From Elusimicrobia bacterium GWA2_61_42 (GTDB taxonomy: Bacteria; Elusimicrobiota; Elusimicrobia; Elusimicrobiales; UBA9959), in the NCBI GenBank assembly GCA_001799615.1, contig MGTU01000009.1:576-64575 (forward strand): 64,000 nt of DNA. The letters are read 5' to 3'. Each line of letters opens with the position of its first letter. Positions within the stretch are counted from its first letter, which is position 1. The notes below the pieces were generated by a model. It did no database searches, was not told the origin of the DNA, and saw nothing but the letters and a program-made list of their open reading frames with translations. Both the position numbers and the translations under genes were made by a program. This document shows, piece after piece, positions 11,201 through 19,279 of the stretch.

Positions 11201-11624
11201 CGCCGAGGGGGATCACCAGCTCCAGGGCGCCGGTGACGCCGAGGATAACGCTGACGCGGCCGCGGTCGAAATCCCGGCCGGGGCCGTAGCCCGCGTCCTG
11301 CAGGGCCATCTTGGCCGTCAGCAGGCCCAGCAGCTGGGCGCTGTCGGTGGCTTCCAGCGCGTTGGGCGCCAGGCCGAACTCCGACGGGTCGAAGTCCACG
11401 GGCAGGATGAAACCGCCCTTGCGGGCGTAGGTGCGGTCCGGGCTTTTGGGATTCTTGTCGTAATAATCTTCGGGGAGCCAGTGGGAGGCCGGCACGTCGG
11501 TGATGGCGTCCACGCCGTTCTTGATGTTGGCCCAGAACCGGCGGGCGTTCTCCGCTTTGGGGAACAGGCAGCCTATGCCGACTATCGCCACCGGTGACTG
11601 GACTGAGTTTTCTTTTACGCTCAT
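5253..11624 (-). CDS. pfaA: PUFA/polyketide synthase multidomain subunit, PfaA/Pfa2-like: KS - malonyl-CoA:ACP AT - 3 tandem ACP - KR - PKS-type DH
   Basis: 2123-aa ORF. Motifs found: KS VVDAACGSSL and HGTGT; AT GHSYGE; three near-identical ACPs each with DLGIDSIKRV; KR ITGGARGVTAEAA; DH LRSHVINGKAVVPTAV (HxxxGxxxxP). Confidence 0.93.
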   Translation of the reverse strand: MSVKENSVQSPVAIVGIGCLFPKAENARRFWANIKNGVDAITDVPASHWLPEDYYDKNPKSPDRTYARKGGFILPVDFDPSEFGLAPNALEATDSAQLLGLLTAKMALQDAGYGPGRDFDRGRVSVILGVTGALELVIPLGARLGHPKWRKALSEFGITGADAEAIISRMQEDYVPWQESSFPGLLGNVVSGRVANRFNLGGTNCVVDAACGSSLGAVHMASMELATRRSTMVVTGGVDCFNDIFMYMCFSKTPALSADGNAKPFDASADGTALGEGLGMMVMKRLDDAVKDGDRIYAVLKGVGSSSDGKGKAIYAPSAEGQARALRNAYSVTGVSPDTVEMAEAHGTGTTVGDGVEVDALTEVYRDSRKEGTWCALGSVKSMIGHTKAAAGSAGLIKAALSLYNKTLPPTIKVTAPVKQLAAGTTPFYLNTELRPWLPKSHPRRAAVSALGFGGANFHAVLEEYSPVKAQPDWDGEVQIAALSGPDAGTLKTELAGWAGLQWNDLRVKAMRSRAAYKADGAARLTFVLERDSDYNKVIASALSNLSSQQAASWTTPDGVFYASGAPEKLAVLFPGQGAQYPGMQRDIVCRFPAALDTLAAADKAFGGDKPLSDFIYPRSAFTPEGRQAQADALRDTSVAQPALGAAALGAWRVLAGFGLKPDAFAGHSYGELAALCAAGAFDAASLFSLSKLRGSLMAAGSGDRGGMLAVQAGLADVEKVVKEEKLDLIIANKNAPAQFVLSGRTEEIKRAAAAFASRGLKSTQLQVSAAFHSPLVAGAQKEFAAALEKVKFDKPVAAVYANKTAEAYPENPGKAREILASQLASPVEFTAMIEKMYAAGTRVFLEVGPGSRLTGLASAILAGKPHTAFALDASAGKRSGIADAARALARLAALGYKLDLAAWENGEAGVKDVLENKVSKLAVKLTGANYRSPRPAGQKPALRRVVAAPAAAQALTGAPAMQPALQAYASDALRITQESMAALQKMQEQTAILHTRFLEGQEAAQRSFQTLLDQQQQFFGGAPAQPWPAYQPAPAPRAAVPAYQPAPAPALPAPAAAGPDVAKVLLDIVSSQTGYPAESLNQDMDMESDLGIDSIKRVAILSELQEKLPTAPRITPEQLGSIRTLRQVAAHLSAGMPAVQAAPAQPAPVAAGSEVSKVLLEIVSAQTGYPAESLNQDMDMESDLGIDSIKRVAILSELQEKLPSAPRITPEQLGSIRTLRQVAAHLSAGMPAAPAQQAPAAAGSEISSVLLEIVSAQTGYPAESLNQDMDMESDLGIDSIKRVAILSELQERLPSAPRITPEQLGAIRTLRQVAAHLTAGAAPAPVPAPAAAAAKTFESEIVREVLKTAELDLSAPRQAVPLDKKLPIWVTEDGSALSAAIVKNLVERGHAAKTVSLDETAVPGTGLAGLVIIAPAVKLGKKDFWNGTSEAFLKKAFSLTRAAGPALKAAGKASGAVLMTVSRLDGAFGISGLKSEQDPVFGGLAGLAKTAGHEWPEVSCRALDAAADWTHTVSVAQAVADELFCKGPAELGLSDTGSKVVLLSRSEQVKGEDFPLAKGDVVLITGGARGVTAEAAAALAAACGAALAVLGRSPLPAAEEGWLAACGSENDIKKALLSRNPGMAPKAAGEQCRSILAAREIRAQLNRFEAAGSRASYYSADIRDAKAVGEALAKVKKELGPVRGLVHGAGVLADKLLLDKTDEQFSSVFDTKVVGLRNILTALDLTKLKALALYSSSTARFGRAGQCDYAMANEVLNKTARLLARRLPDCRVASFNWGPWDGGMVNDGLKALFAKEGVGVIGLEEGGRFLVNELSLQGGPAEVVVVARPKAPAATPPVSGRALARAFDFSVSVADSPFLRSHVINGKAVVPTAVITEWLAHAALHGNPGLLFHGFNGLKIYKGILLEGGTYRVSALAGKTSKLNGLFAVPVELRGPNGELHAGAEIVLAAALPAAAAPAPDFPLKPYPRTADKAYGEILFHGEDMRFIRSVAGVSEKGIVLDAAASLPPASWMRSPLRDRWLADPAALDAAFQGMILWTFENSGACSLPNSAAAYRQYSQFPGGGVRISARVTRSAEHACTADIDFTDDKGALVARLEGYDSTVDKALNAAFQKKELSATAA
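7665..8455 (-). repeat. Three tandem ACP-encoding repeats (period about 273-282 nt) inside pfaA, near-identical at nucleotide level over the cores
   Basis: The stretch ...gatgccgaggtcggactccatgtccatgtcctggttgagcgactcggccgggtagccggtctgggccgagactat... recurs at about 7790, 8065 and 8345. In protein it reads GYPAESLNQDMDMESDLGIDSIKRVAILSELQEKLP, three times. Confidence 0.9.
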
Positions 11625-11672
11625 AGTATCCTCGTTTCCCGGACCCTGTCCGGCGGCCGTTCGGCCTTGTTT

Positions 11673-13250
11673 CTAGTTGCGAAAGAACGCAGACAGCTGC
11701 TCCCTGGTGCGGGGGGCCTGGCGGGCCAGCCGGCTGTCGGCGGCCACGCCCTGGCAGCGCAGGGCGTGCAGGCGCGTAAGCGCGGCCGCCCCGGCGAGTA
11801 AATTATAGGCGACGGTAACGGCGTCGCGGGCTTCCGGTTTTTCAAGGAAGGAGCCCCTGGCCCATTCGTTGAAGGCGCCCATGGCGGGGCCGCACCAGAT
11901 CTGGTAGTCGAGCTTGCGGCTCTCGTCCCCGGCCAGCGGCCAGCGGGAGGACTGGCTGAGGTACCAGCGGAACACCAGGGCCAGCTTATGCTTCGGCTCC
12001 CGTTCGGCGCGCTCGGCCTGCGCGGGGTCTTTGCGCAGGAAGTAGTCCCGCGTGCCCTGCCAGACCTCGCCGAAGGAGGCGCGGAAATAATCCCGCTCGA
12101 TGACGGCCCTGGTCTCGGCGGGGATCTCCTCGAAGCTCCCGCAGGTGCGGTAAAGATCGTAAAGCTTGTTGGCGCGCATGGCGAACATGGTGCCGCGCTT
12201 GAGGATCTGCACCCGCACGCCCATCTCGAACATGTCGGCCGCGGCGGCCATGGCCACGTCGGCCTGCTCCGCCCCGGCGAGGAGTTTCCGCACCAGGTCC
12301 GTGGTGCCCGATTCCACGCAGGCCTGGTTGACCGAGCCGGTCACCACGTAGGCCGCGCCCATCATGAAGGCGGCGGCGGCCGCTTCGGGGGTGGCTATGC
12401 CGCCGCCGGCGCCCACGCGCGGGGCAACGGCGTAATTAAATTTCTCCTGCAGCCGGTCGCGCAGGGCGAGGATGGTGGGCAGCAGGTTGACCAGCGGCCG
12501 GTTGTCCGTATGCCCGCCGGAGTCGGCTTCGGCCGTCACGTCCTCCGCCACGGGGATCCTGGAGGCCAGCTCGGCCTGTTCGGGCGTGAGCTCGCCGCGG
12601 GAGACCAGCTCCTTCAGGAATTTTTCCTCCGGGGGCGAGAAGAAGCGCGTCGCCACTTCCGTGCGCGAGATCTTGCCTATCACGCGGTTAGGGGTCTCTA
12701 TCCCGCCGTCGGCGTTGCGGCGTATGCCCGCGGTGCGGTAGCGGATGAGCGGCAGGGTGAGGCCGATGAAAGCCGAAGCCTCCACCAGGCGCACGCCGCG
12801 TTTTAAGTACAGGTCCACCAGGGCCGCTTCCAGCGCGGGGTCTGAGGGGCTGTGTATCAGGTTGAAACCGAAATTGGGCACCGCGGCTGACTGCAGGCGG
12901 TCTATGGCCTTTTCAACTTCAGCGATGGGCTGGCCGGCGGCGCCGTAGAAGCCCAGCATGCCGGCCCGGCCGAACGCCTCGGCCAGTTCAGTGGAGCTTA
13001 TGCCGTTGGCCATGGAGCCGCCGACGTAGGCGTAACCCAGCCCGTGGGCCCGCAGGAAAGCGGGATCGCCCAGGTTTTCCGGGGCGCAGGCGGGCATTAC
13101 GGGGGTGCCGGGCTTGAGCCCGGGGGTTAAGGCCAGGCTTTCGGAGCCGGCAGCGGAGAAAGGCGCCGTCAGGTCCTGTATGGCGGCCAGGGTCTCCGGC
13201 GAATAAGGCAGAAAAGGCTGCGTTTTGGTCCCTGTCGTTGAAGCGGTCAA
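11673..13250 (-). CDS. pfaD: PfaD-family enoyl reductase (FMN-dependent, 2-nitropropane dioxygenase-like) of the PUFA/polyketide synthase
   Basis: 525 aa. It contains GGSMANGISSTELAEAFGRAGMLGFYGAAG and ADSGGHTD, typical of PfaD/Pfa1. It sits directly upstream of pfaA on the same strand. Confidence 0.9.
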   Translation of the reverse strand: MTASTTGTKTQPFLPYSPETLAAIQDLTAPFSAAGSESLALTPGLKPGTPVMPACAPENLGDPAFLRAHGLGYAYVGGSMANGISSTELAEAFGRAGMLGFYGAAGQPIAEVEKAIDRLQSAAVPNFGFNLIHSPSDPALEAALVDLYLKRGVRLVEASAFIGLTLPLIRYRTAGIRRNADGGIETPNRVIGKISRTEVATRFFSPPEEKFLKELVSRGELTPEQAELASRIPVAEDVTAEADSGGHTDNRPLVNLLPTILALRDRLQEKFNYAVAPRVGAGGGIATPEAAAAAFMMGAAYVVTGSVNQACVESGTTDLVRKLLAGAEQADVAMAAAADMFEMGVRVQILKRGTMFAMRANKLYDLYRTCGSFEEIPAETRAVIERDYFRASFGEVWQGTRDYFLRKDPAQAERAEREPKHKLALVFRWYLSQSSRWPLAGDESRKLDYQIWCGPAMGAFNEWARGSFLEKPEARDAVTVAYNLLAGAAALTRLHALRCQGVAADSRLARQAPRTREQLSAFFRN

Positions 13251-13333
13251 GCTGTTCTCCGTGCGCTGCGAATTTCGGGATTAGATCGGGATTTTTTTAA
13301 GGTGTCCTATATTATATATTTTTATAGGCGCCT

Positions 13334-14896
13334 ATGGTGACAGGTTGGCGGGGAAATATGCCAAAGTCCGGAAAAGGGACTCCCTCTGCCGTAAACATAT
13401 CCCGTAAGCGCGGTTTTTCCTACAATATAGGGGTGAAAAAAATACTGGTGCGCCGGTTCCGGTCAGCCGCGGCGCTGCTTTTGGCTTTCTTTGTCGCTTT
13501 TGCCGCGCTGGCCCTTCTGGCGGAAGGCCTGTATCGCTTAAGCCTGTTCGGTTCGGCCCGCTTCGCCGAAGGACAGGGCGACTTTGAACTGTACGCCATG
13601 GGCGAGTCCAGCATGGAGGGGTCCCCTTTCTACAGATCTCCGCCGGCCATCGTTTCCCTGCTGTTCTCGCACACGCTTGCCGGCCGGAATTTGCGCGTGA
13701 TAAACCTGGCTTACGGCGGGAATTCCGTGTACCCGCAGGCTATAAAAACCATCAGGGCCCTGAAGTACAGGAACCGCGCCGCCCCCGCCGCTCTGCTTAT
13801 CTACTCCGGCCACAATGAGAACATTCTCGGGTATGCCCGCGCCGCCCTGCCGCAGCGGGCGTATGAGCTTTTCAAGCGGCGCGTGCTGATACACTCGCTT
13901 CTTTTCAGCGAGGCGGCGCTGCGCCTGGAGCGGCGCTTTCTTTTTTACGGCGTCAGGGACCTGGCCCACTACGAGCATTACCTGCGCGCGGCCATCGAAG
14001 CCGCCCTGGACGCCGGCGCGGTGCCGATCGTTTCCACGCTCGCGAGCAATATCTCCGGCGTAGAGCCCGGGGAAGGCAGGCTGACCCCCGGGATAGAGCG
14101 GGCGCTGGGGCTGGAATTGGCGGGGAGATACGGAGAAGCGGCGCGGCAGTATTCGCGCCTGGCGGAAGACCCGGCTTCCGACGCCGGGGCCTCTTCGCTC
14201 CTGCCTTACCTGGAGTACCGGCTGGGCAGGTGCCTGCAGTCCATGGGAAAGCCGGCCGCGGCTAAAGAACATCTGCTTAAGGCGCTGGAGACCGACCCTT
14301 TGCCTTTTCGCGCAAAACCTTCCCAGAACGAAGTGATCCGCGGCCTGGCCGAAGAATACGGCATCCCTTTGCTGGACGCGGAAAAGCTGTTCGCCGGGCG
14401 TTCCGCTGACGGCCTTCCCGGCAGCGACCTTTTTGTGGACCATGTGCATCCTGACGCCGGGGGCTATATGCTTCTGTCCGGCGCCTTTGCCGGCCTGCTG
14501 GGGCGGGAATTCGGCGGGAAGGTCCGGCGCGATCTTCCCGGCCCTTCCGCCATGTCCGCCCTCGGCAGCGGCCGGCTTAGCGACAAGTCAACGCCGTATC
14601 TGCTGGCCGGGACGTACGTGCTCTGGTTCAGCTGGAGTTCCGTTCCCATCCCGGACCGCCTGGCGCTGGCCGAGAAAAATTTCAGGAGGGCCCTGAAGCT
14701 GCCCGGCGCCAATAATCTTGCGGCCGTCGGTTTGCGGGTCGTGGTCCTCTCCCGCAAAAACCGGAACATGATCCCCGAAGAGGTTTATGACTGGTTCAAG
14801 GGGAAGCGTTTTAATTTTGAGTATCTGCAGCCGCTGTCGGCGGAGGAACTGGCCGCGGCCGATAAATTCCTGCGCGGCTGGGAGAGCGGCGGATAA
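13334..14896 (+). CDS. Membrane-anchored SGNH/GDSL-like hydrolase with an inserted TPR-like segment (function unknown)
   Basis: Candidate SGNH blocks: AMGESS (block I), YGGNS (II), YSGHNE (III), DHVHP (V). There is an N-terminal TM helix (AALLLAFFVAFAALALLA). The start is uncertain; alternatives are ATG 13358 and GTG about 13433. Confidence 0.5.
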   Translation: MVTGWRGNMPKSGKGTPSAVNISRKRGFSYNIGVKKILVRRFRSAAALLLAFFVAFAALALLAEGLYRLSLFGSARFAEGQGDFELYAMGESSMEGSPFYRSPPAIVSLLFSHTLAGRNLRVINLAYGGNSVYPQAIKTIRALKYRNRAAPAALLIYSGHNENILGYARAALPQRAYELFKRRVLIHSLLFSEAALRLERRFLFYGVRDLAHYEHYLRAAIEAALDAGAVPIVSTLASNISGVEPGEGRLTPGIERALGLELAGRYGEAARQYSRLAEDPASDAGASSLLPYLEYRLGRCLQSMGKPAAAKEHLLKALETDPLPFRAKPSQNEVIRGLAEEYGIPLLDAEKLFAGRSADGLPGSDLFVDHVHPDAGGYMLLSGAFAGLLGREFGGKVRRDLPGPSAMSALGSGRLSDKSTPYLLAGTYVLWFSWSSVPIPDRLALAEKNFRRALKLPGANNLAAVGLRVVVLSRKNRNMIPEEVYDWFKGKRFNFEYLQPLSAEELAAADKFLRGWESGG

Positions 14897-14986
14897 AGCG
14901 GCCAGGCCGGCGAAAGCCCCGGCGCCGCATTTTGTGGAAAACATATTTATATTTTTCATAAATCAGTCCTTCCCGTATATATACCC

Positions 14987-16351
14987 GTGTTTTATTGTAA
15001 AATTTCAGACATGACGCGGCCCAACGCTTTTACCAAGGTTGCCGGCCCGGCGGCCATTGTCGGCGCCGTCGGCTGGACGCTTTGGCTATGGCCGGCGCAT
15101 TTCCTCTGGGTCTACCCCGCCAGCGGGGCGCTGTTCCTCTGGTTCTCCTGGTCCGGCGAGCGCGAAATAAAATACATCTTCCTTTTCCTGGTCACCGTGG
15201 CCGGGTTCCTGCTGCCTAATCTCTCGCCGGAGGGGGATTCGCTGTACCTTATGGCCGGGGCCATCGCCGAAACCCTGGGCCTGTGGCTGCTTTTCTACGC
15301 CTTGTCCCATTTTGAAACCTCGCGCGTAGCCGCCCGCGAGCGCCTGTACGCGCAGGAGGCGGCGGCGCTGGAAAAAGTGAAGAACCTGGAAGACGAGCTG
15401 GCCCGCTACCGCCTGCACCTCGACAGCACCCTGGCCCGCATAAGGGACAAGGGCGCCCTGGCCGCCGCCCTCCACGACATGGGCTCCGCCTCGGCCCCCG
15501 ACGAGGTGCGCGACCGGCTTGAAACCCTGCTGCGCGAATATTTCCCGGGCGCCTCGGTGGAACTGCGCACCGGCGCCCCGCGCGATTTCGCCGATAACTG
15601 GGTGGCGGAGCGCAAGATCCCGCTGCTGGTGCGCAACTCGGACGCCGACAGCCGCTTTAACCGGAGTCTTTTCGGGCCGCAGGAGCGCTCTTTCATGGCG
15701 CTGCCGCTTTACCTGTTCGGCCGGCTGGTCGGGTTCGTGCGCGCGTCGGCGGCGGCTCCGGACCGCTTCAAGTCGGAGGACCTCCGCGGGGCTGAGCTCG
15801 CCTGCACGCTGGCCGGGGTCAGCATGGAGAACATCTACCTTTTCGACAAGGTCAACGAACTGGCCATAAAGGACGGGCTTACCGGCCTTTACACGCACCG
15901 GGCTTTCCAGGACCGGGTGCAGGAAGAGGTGCTGCGCTCGGCGCGCACCAAGGTCCCGTTCTCCATAATCATGGCCGACATCGACCATTTTAAATCCTAC
16001 AACGACAATTTCGGCCACCAGGCCGGCGACACGGTCCTGAAGGCCGTGGCGGAAGTTTTCGCCGGAGGCGTGCGCGACATCGACTTCGTGTCGCGCTACG
16101 GCGGCGAGGAGTTCGCCCTGGTAATAACCGGCTCCGGCAAAGAGCAGGCGTCCGCCGTGGCCGAGGGGCTGCGCCGCTCGCTCGAGGCCAGGGCTTTTAA
16201 TTTCGGCGGCCGGCCGTCCCGCGTAACCGCCAGCTTCGGCGTGGCCGAATTTCCCTCCGAGGGCGCCGCCGCCAGCCAGCTGGTGCGGGCCTCGGACGAG
16301 CGCCTGTATAAAGCCAAAGAAGGCGGCCGCAACAGGGTGGTGTTCGAATGA
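14987..16351 (+). CDS. Diguanylate cyclase, membrane N-terminus + GAF-like + GGDEF (GGEEF) with an RxxD I-site
   Basis: Contains LTGLYTHRAF, DIDHFKSYND and RDIDFVSRYGGEEF. The ORF-track start is a GTG; the ATG at 15011 (MTRPNAF) is an equally plausible start. Confidence 0.85.
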   Translation: MFYCKISDMTRPNAFTKVAGPAAIVGAVGWTLWLWPAHFLWVYPASGALFLWFSWSGEREIKYIFLFLVTVAGFLLPNLSPEGDSLYLMAGAIAETLGLWLLFYALSHFETSRVAARERLYAQEAAALEKVKNLEDELARYRLHLDSTLARIRDKGALAAALHDMGSASAPDEVRDRLETLLREYFPGASVELRTGAPRDFADNWVAERKIPLLVRNSDADSRFNRSLFGPQERSFMALPLYLFGRLVGFVRASAAAPDRFKSEDLRGAELACTLAGVSMENIYLFDKVNELAIKDGLTGLYTHRAFQDRVQEEVLRSARTKVPFSIIMADIDHFKSYNDNFGHQAGDTVLKAVAEVFAGGVRDIDFVSRYGGEEFALVITGSGKEQASAVAEGLRRSLEARAFNFGGRPSRVTASFGVAEFPSEGAAASQLVRASDERLYKAKEGGRNRVVFE

Positions 16352-17595
16352 ACAGGCCTGAATTGTGGATAGCCGCCGCGGCCGCCGCCCCGGTGCTTTC
16401 CTATTTCCTGGGGCGCCTCAACCGCTGGGCCGGCCTGGCCGCCGGGCTGCTGCTTTTTATTTTCTGCTCTTTCATGCTGGCGGGAGAAATTTCCGCCGGG
16501 GCGCCGTTCGCGGCGCTGGCTTTATGGGTGGCGGCCGCGCTGGCCCACTCGGTGCTGCTCAACGGGCGCCATTCGGACGCGGCGGACAGGTCCGGCCTGG
16601 AGGCCGCCGTAAAAAAGGCGGCCGCGCTGGAAGCCGAGCTTGCCGCCATCAAGAGCGAAGCCAGCCTTAACGCGGCCGGCGAGAAAAAATCCCTGGCCAT
16701 TTATTCCGCCGTAAAATTGCTTTCCGAGACCGTGGAGCCGCAGACCGCCGCCAAACAGCTGGGCAAGTACCTGGCCGACTATTTCGGGACCGAGGAAGCC
16801 GCGCTCTACATGGCCGGCGGTTCAGGCGGCGTGGCGGAGATGGAGCTGTTCGCGCAGGCCGCCAAAGGCTCCGCCCTGCCCGCACTGGCGGAACTGACGG
16901 CCCTGGCCGGAGGCTTCCCTCAGGAGACTGCAGCGGCCGCCGGCCTGGTGCTGGCGCCCGTGGCCGCCGGCGGGGCGCCCCTGGGCCTGATCGTCGTGCG
17001 CGCGGACCCGGCCGCCGCCGATAGCGCGTCCAGGTTCGCGTCCGATATCTCGTTCGCGCTCAAGCGCGTGATCCTGTTCCGCCAGGTGGAATGGCTGTCG
17101 CTTACCGACGGCCTTACCGGCCTGTGGCGCCGCGGCGCCCTGGACGAAAAGATCCGCGAGGAGATCCGGCGCGCCTCGGCGTTCAAGACCACGCTGGGCT
17201 TCATGATAGCCGACATAGACCACTTTAAGCGCCTCAACGACACCTACGGCCACCAGTTCGGCGACGCCGTGCTCAAGCGGGTGGCGCAGCTGCTGAAGTC
17301 AGGGGTTTACGAAACGGACTTCGTCGGGCGTTACGGCGGCGAAGAATTCGGCATAGTGCTGCCCCGCGCCGATTCGGCCGGCCTGCTGCGCAAGGCCGAG
17401 GCCGTGAGGGCCCGCATAGAGGCCGAGGTGTTTTCACAGGGCCTTGAAAAGGTGCGGCTTACCGTTTCCATAGGCATAGCGCACTTTCCCAAGGACGGGC
17501 GCGGCCCCGAGGAACTGGTGGCCGCGGCCGACAAGGCGCTGTACGCCGCCAAGGAAAGCGGGCGAAACCGCGTGGCGGAAGCCGGCAAGAGCTAG
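16348..17595 (+). CDS. Diguanylate cyclase (GGDEF domain, GGEEF), membrane N-terminus; no RxxD I-site
   Basis: Contains LTGLWRRGAL, DIDHFKRLND and YETDFVGRYGGEEF. Its start overlaps the upstream stop (ATGA). Confidence 0.85.
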   Translation: MNRPELWIAAAAAAPVLSYFLGRLNRWAGLAAGLLLFIFCSFMLAGEISAGAPFAALALWVAAALAHSVLLNGRHSDAADRSGLEAAVKKAAALEAELAAIKSEASLNAAGEKKSLAIYSAVKLLSETVEPQTAAKQLGKYLADYFGTEEAALYMAGGSGGVAEMELFAQAAKGSALPALAELTALAGGFPQETAAAAGLVLAPVAAGGAPLGLIVVRADPAAADSASRFASDISFALKRVILFRQVEWLSLTDGLTGLWRRGALDEKIREEIRRASAFKTTLGFMIADIDHFKRLNDTYGHQFGDAVLKRVAQLLKSGVYETDFVGRYGGEEFGIVLPRADSAGLLRKAEAVRARIEAEVFSQGLEKVRLTVSIGIAHFPKDGRGPEELVAAADKALYAAKESGRNRVAEAGKS

Positions 17596-17629
17596 CCGGC
17601 CGGATTTTTATTTCGGTCTGGAGGACTAA

Positions 17630-18688
17630 ATGGAAGAACAAAACAACAGCGTGCCGGTCAATCCCGCGGCCCAGCCGGCTCCGGCTCCGGCGCAGGTTCC
17701 CGCGCCGCCCGCCGCGCCCGGGGGCACGGGTTTCTGGCTTAAGGTCGTGGCCGCGCTTTACGCGGTTTCCCTTATCGCGGCGTTTTCCCTTATCACAAAG
17801 GCCGACGCCGCTAAAAAGGCCGGCAGCAAGGACCTGAAGATGTCCAAGCTTTCCTCCAGCCTGCGGCAGTCTAAAAAAAGCGCCGTGGGCGTGGTGGAGA
17901 TCTACGGGGCCATTTCACAGGGCAGCTCCAGCCGTTCCTGGGACCGCGGCAGCCAGCAGATCTCCAAGCGCATCCGCTCTCTGTCCGCCGACAAGGACGT
18001 CAAGGCCATAGTCCTGGATATAAACACTCCCGGGGGATCCGTAGGCTCCGTGCAGGAGATCTACTCCGCCATAAAGCGCGCCAAAGCCGAGACCAAAAAA
18101 CCCTTCGTGGCCCGCTTCGGCGAGGTTTCCGCCAGCGGCGGCTACTACGTGGCTTCGGCCTGCGACCTGGTAGTGGCGCATCCCGGCACCATAACCGGCT
18201 CCATCGGCGTCATCTTCAGCGTGACTAATCTTGAGGGGCTGCTGAAGAAGGTCGGCGTCAGGAGCGAGGCCATCAAGTCCGGCAAGTTCAAGGACATCGG
18301 TTCGCCCATGCGCGAGATGACCACGGAAGAGCACAAGCTGCTGCAGGGGATGATCGACGATTCGTATGAGCAGTTCGTCGCGGCGGTGGCCGAAGGCCGC
18401 AAGATGACGGTGGAAAAGACCAAGGCGCTGGCCGACGGCCGCATCTACACCGGGCGGCAGGCCCTGGACCTCGGCCTGGTGGACAAACTGGGGGACCTGC
18501 AGGAGGCCCTGGACGCCGCCGGAGAGCTGGGCGGCATAGGCAAGAATCCGCGCGTGGTCAGGGAATCCGCCCCCTTCGAGCAGCTGATGTCGCTGGTGGA
18601 CAGCAGGCTGCAGCTGCTGGGGACCAAGGCCGTGGCGGACGCGCTGGAAACCGGGCCCAGCCTGGAATACCGCTGGTACGGGCGCTGA
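17630..18688 (+). CDS. sppA: Signal peptide peptidase SppA, 36K type
   Basis: Contains GAISQG, INTPGGSV, EVSASGGYY and GSIGV...KSGKFKD motifs of the S49 family. A GGAGG SD precedes the ATG. Confidence 0.88.
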   Translation: MEEQNNSVPVNPAAQPAPAPAQVPAPPAAPGGTGFWLKVVAALYAVSLIAAFSLITKADAAKKAGSKDLKMSKLSSSLRQSKKSAVGVVEIYGAISQGSSSRSWDRGSQQISKRIRSLSADKDVKAIVLDINTPGGSVGSVQEIYSAIKRAKAETKKPFVARFGEVSASGGYYVASACDLVVAHPGTITGSIGVIFSVTNLEGLLKKVGVRSEAIKSGKFKDIGSPMREMTTEEHKLLQGMIDDSYEQFVAAVAEGRKMTVEKTKALADGRIYTGRQALDLGLVDKLGDLQEALDAAGELGGIGKNPRVVRESAPFEQLMSLVDSRLQLLGTKAVADALETGPSLEYRWYGR

Positions 18689-18689
18689 C

Positions 18690-19256
18690 ATGAACCCGAT
18701 AAACACTCTTGAGGCGCTGATAGACCGGCCCGAAACGATCACGGGCCCTGAAAGGCCCGCGGGCCTGGGCCGCGCCGGACTCCTGGGTTATTTCTCCGGC
18801 ACGCTCGGGCTTTTCATGTTCCTGCGTATGCAGGGAGCCGTTCCGCCGGGAGTTTTCTCTTTCCTGTCGGCGTACCTGTTCGTGCTGGCCGCCAATTTCT
18901 TCTTCGCCGGCGTGATCCACCTGTTCATGGACCTGACCTGCGCGGCTCCGTCCGGAGCGAACGGGCGCGGCAGGGCGGCGAGGCTGTTCCTCGCCTTCGG
19001 CTGCACCGACTACCTGCTGGCGCTGCTGGTGCCGCTGGGCTTCCTTTCCGGCGTAAAGGTCCTGAACGGCTTCCTGTGGTTCGGCCTGTGTTTCCTGGCC
19101 GTCATCTACGCGCGCGTGCGGCTGATACGCCGGCTTTATACGGTCTCGGTCAACAAGGCCCTGCTGTCCGTCTGGCTGCCTTACGGCGGGATCTTCCTGC
19201 TGTTCTTCGCCGGGCTCGTCTACGGCATGATCTGGCTGTTCTGGCTGATAATGTAG
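18690..19256 (+). CDS. Polytopic membrane protein, unknown function (possibly Yip1-like)
   Basis: 188 aa with 4-5 hydrophobic helices. It starts 2 nt after the sppA stop. Confidence 0.5.
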   Translation: MNPINTLEALIDRPETITGPERPAGLGRAGLLGYFSGTLGLFMFLRMQGAVPPGVFSFLSAYLFVLAANFFFAGVIHLFMDLTCAAPSGANGRGRAARLFLAFGCTDYLLALLVPLGFLSGVKVLNGFLWFGLCFLAVIYARVRLIRRLYTVSVNKALLSVWLPYGGIFLLFFAGLVYGMIWLFWLIM

Positions 19257-19279
19257 GCGCCGGTTTTTCGCCCGCCCTT

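Noticed and set aside
5388-11597. Plus-strand ORFs inside pfaA (for example 5388..6464, 6685..7845, 7947..9398, 9621..11123)
   Set aside because: They are antisense shadows of the 2123-aa PfaA ORF and have no domain motifs.
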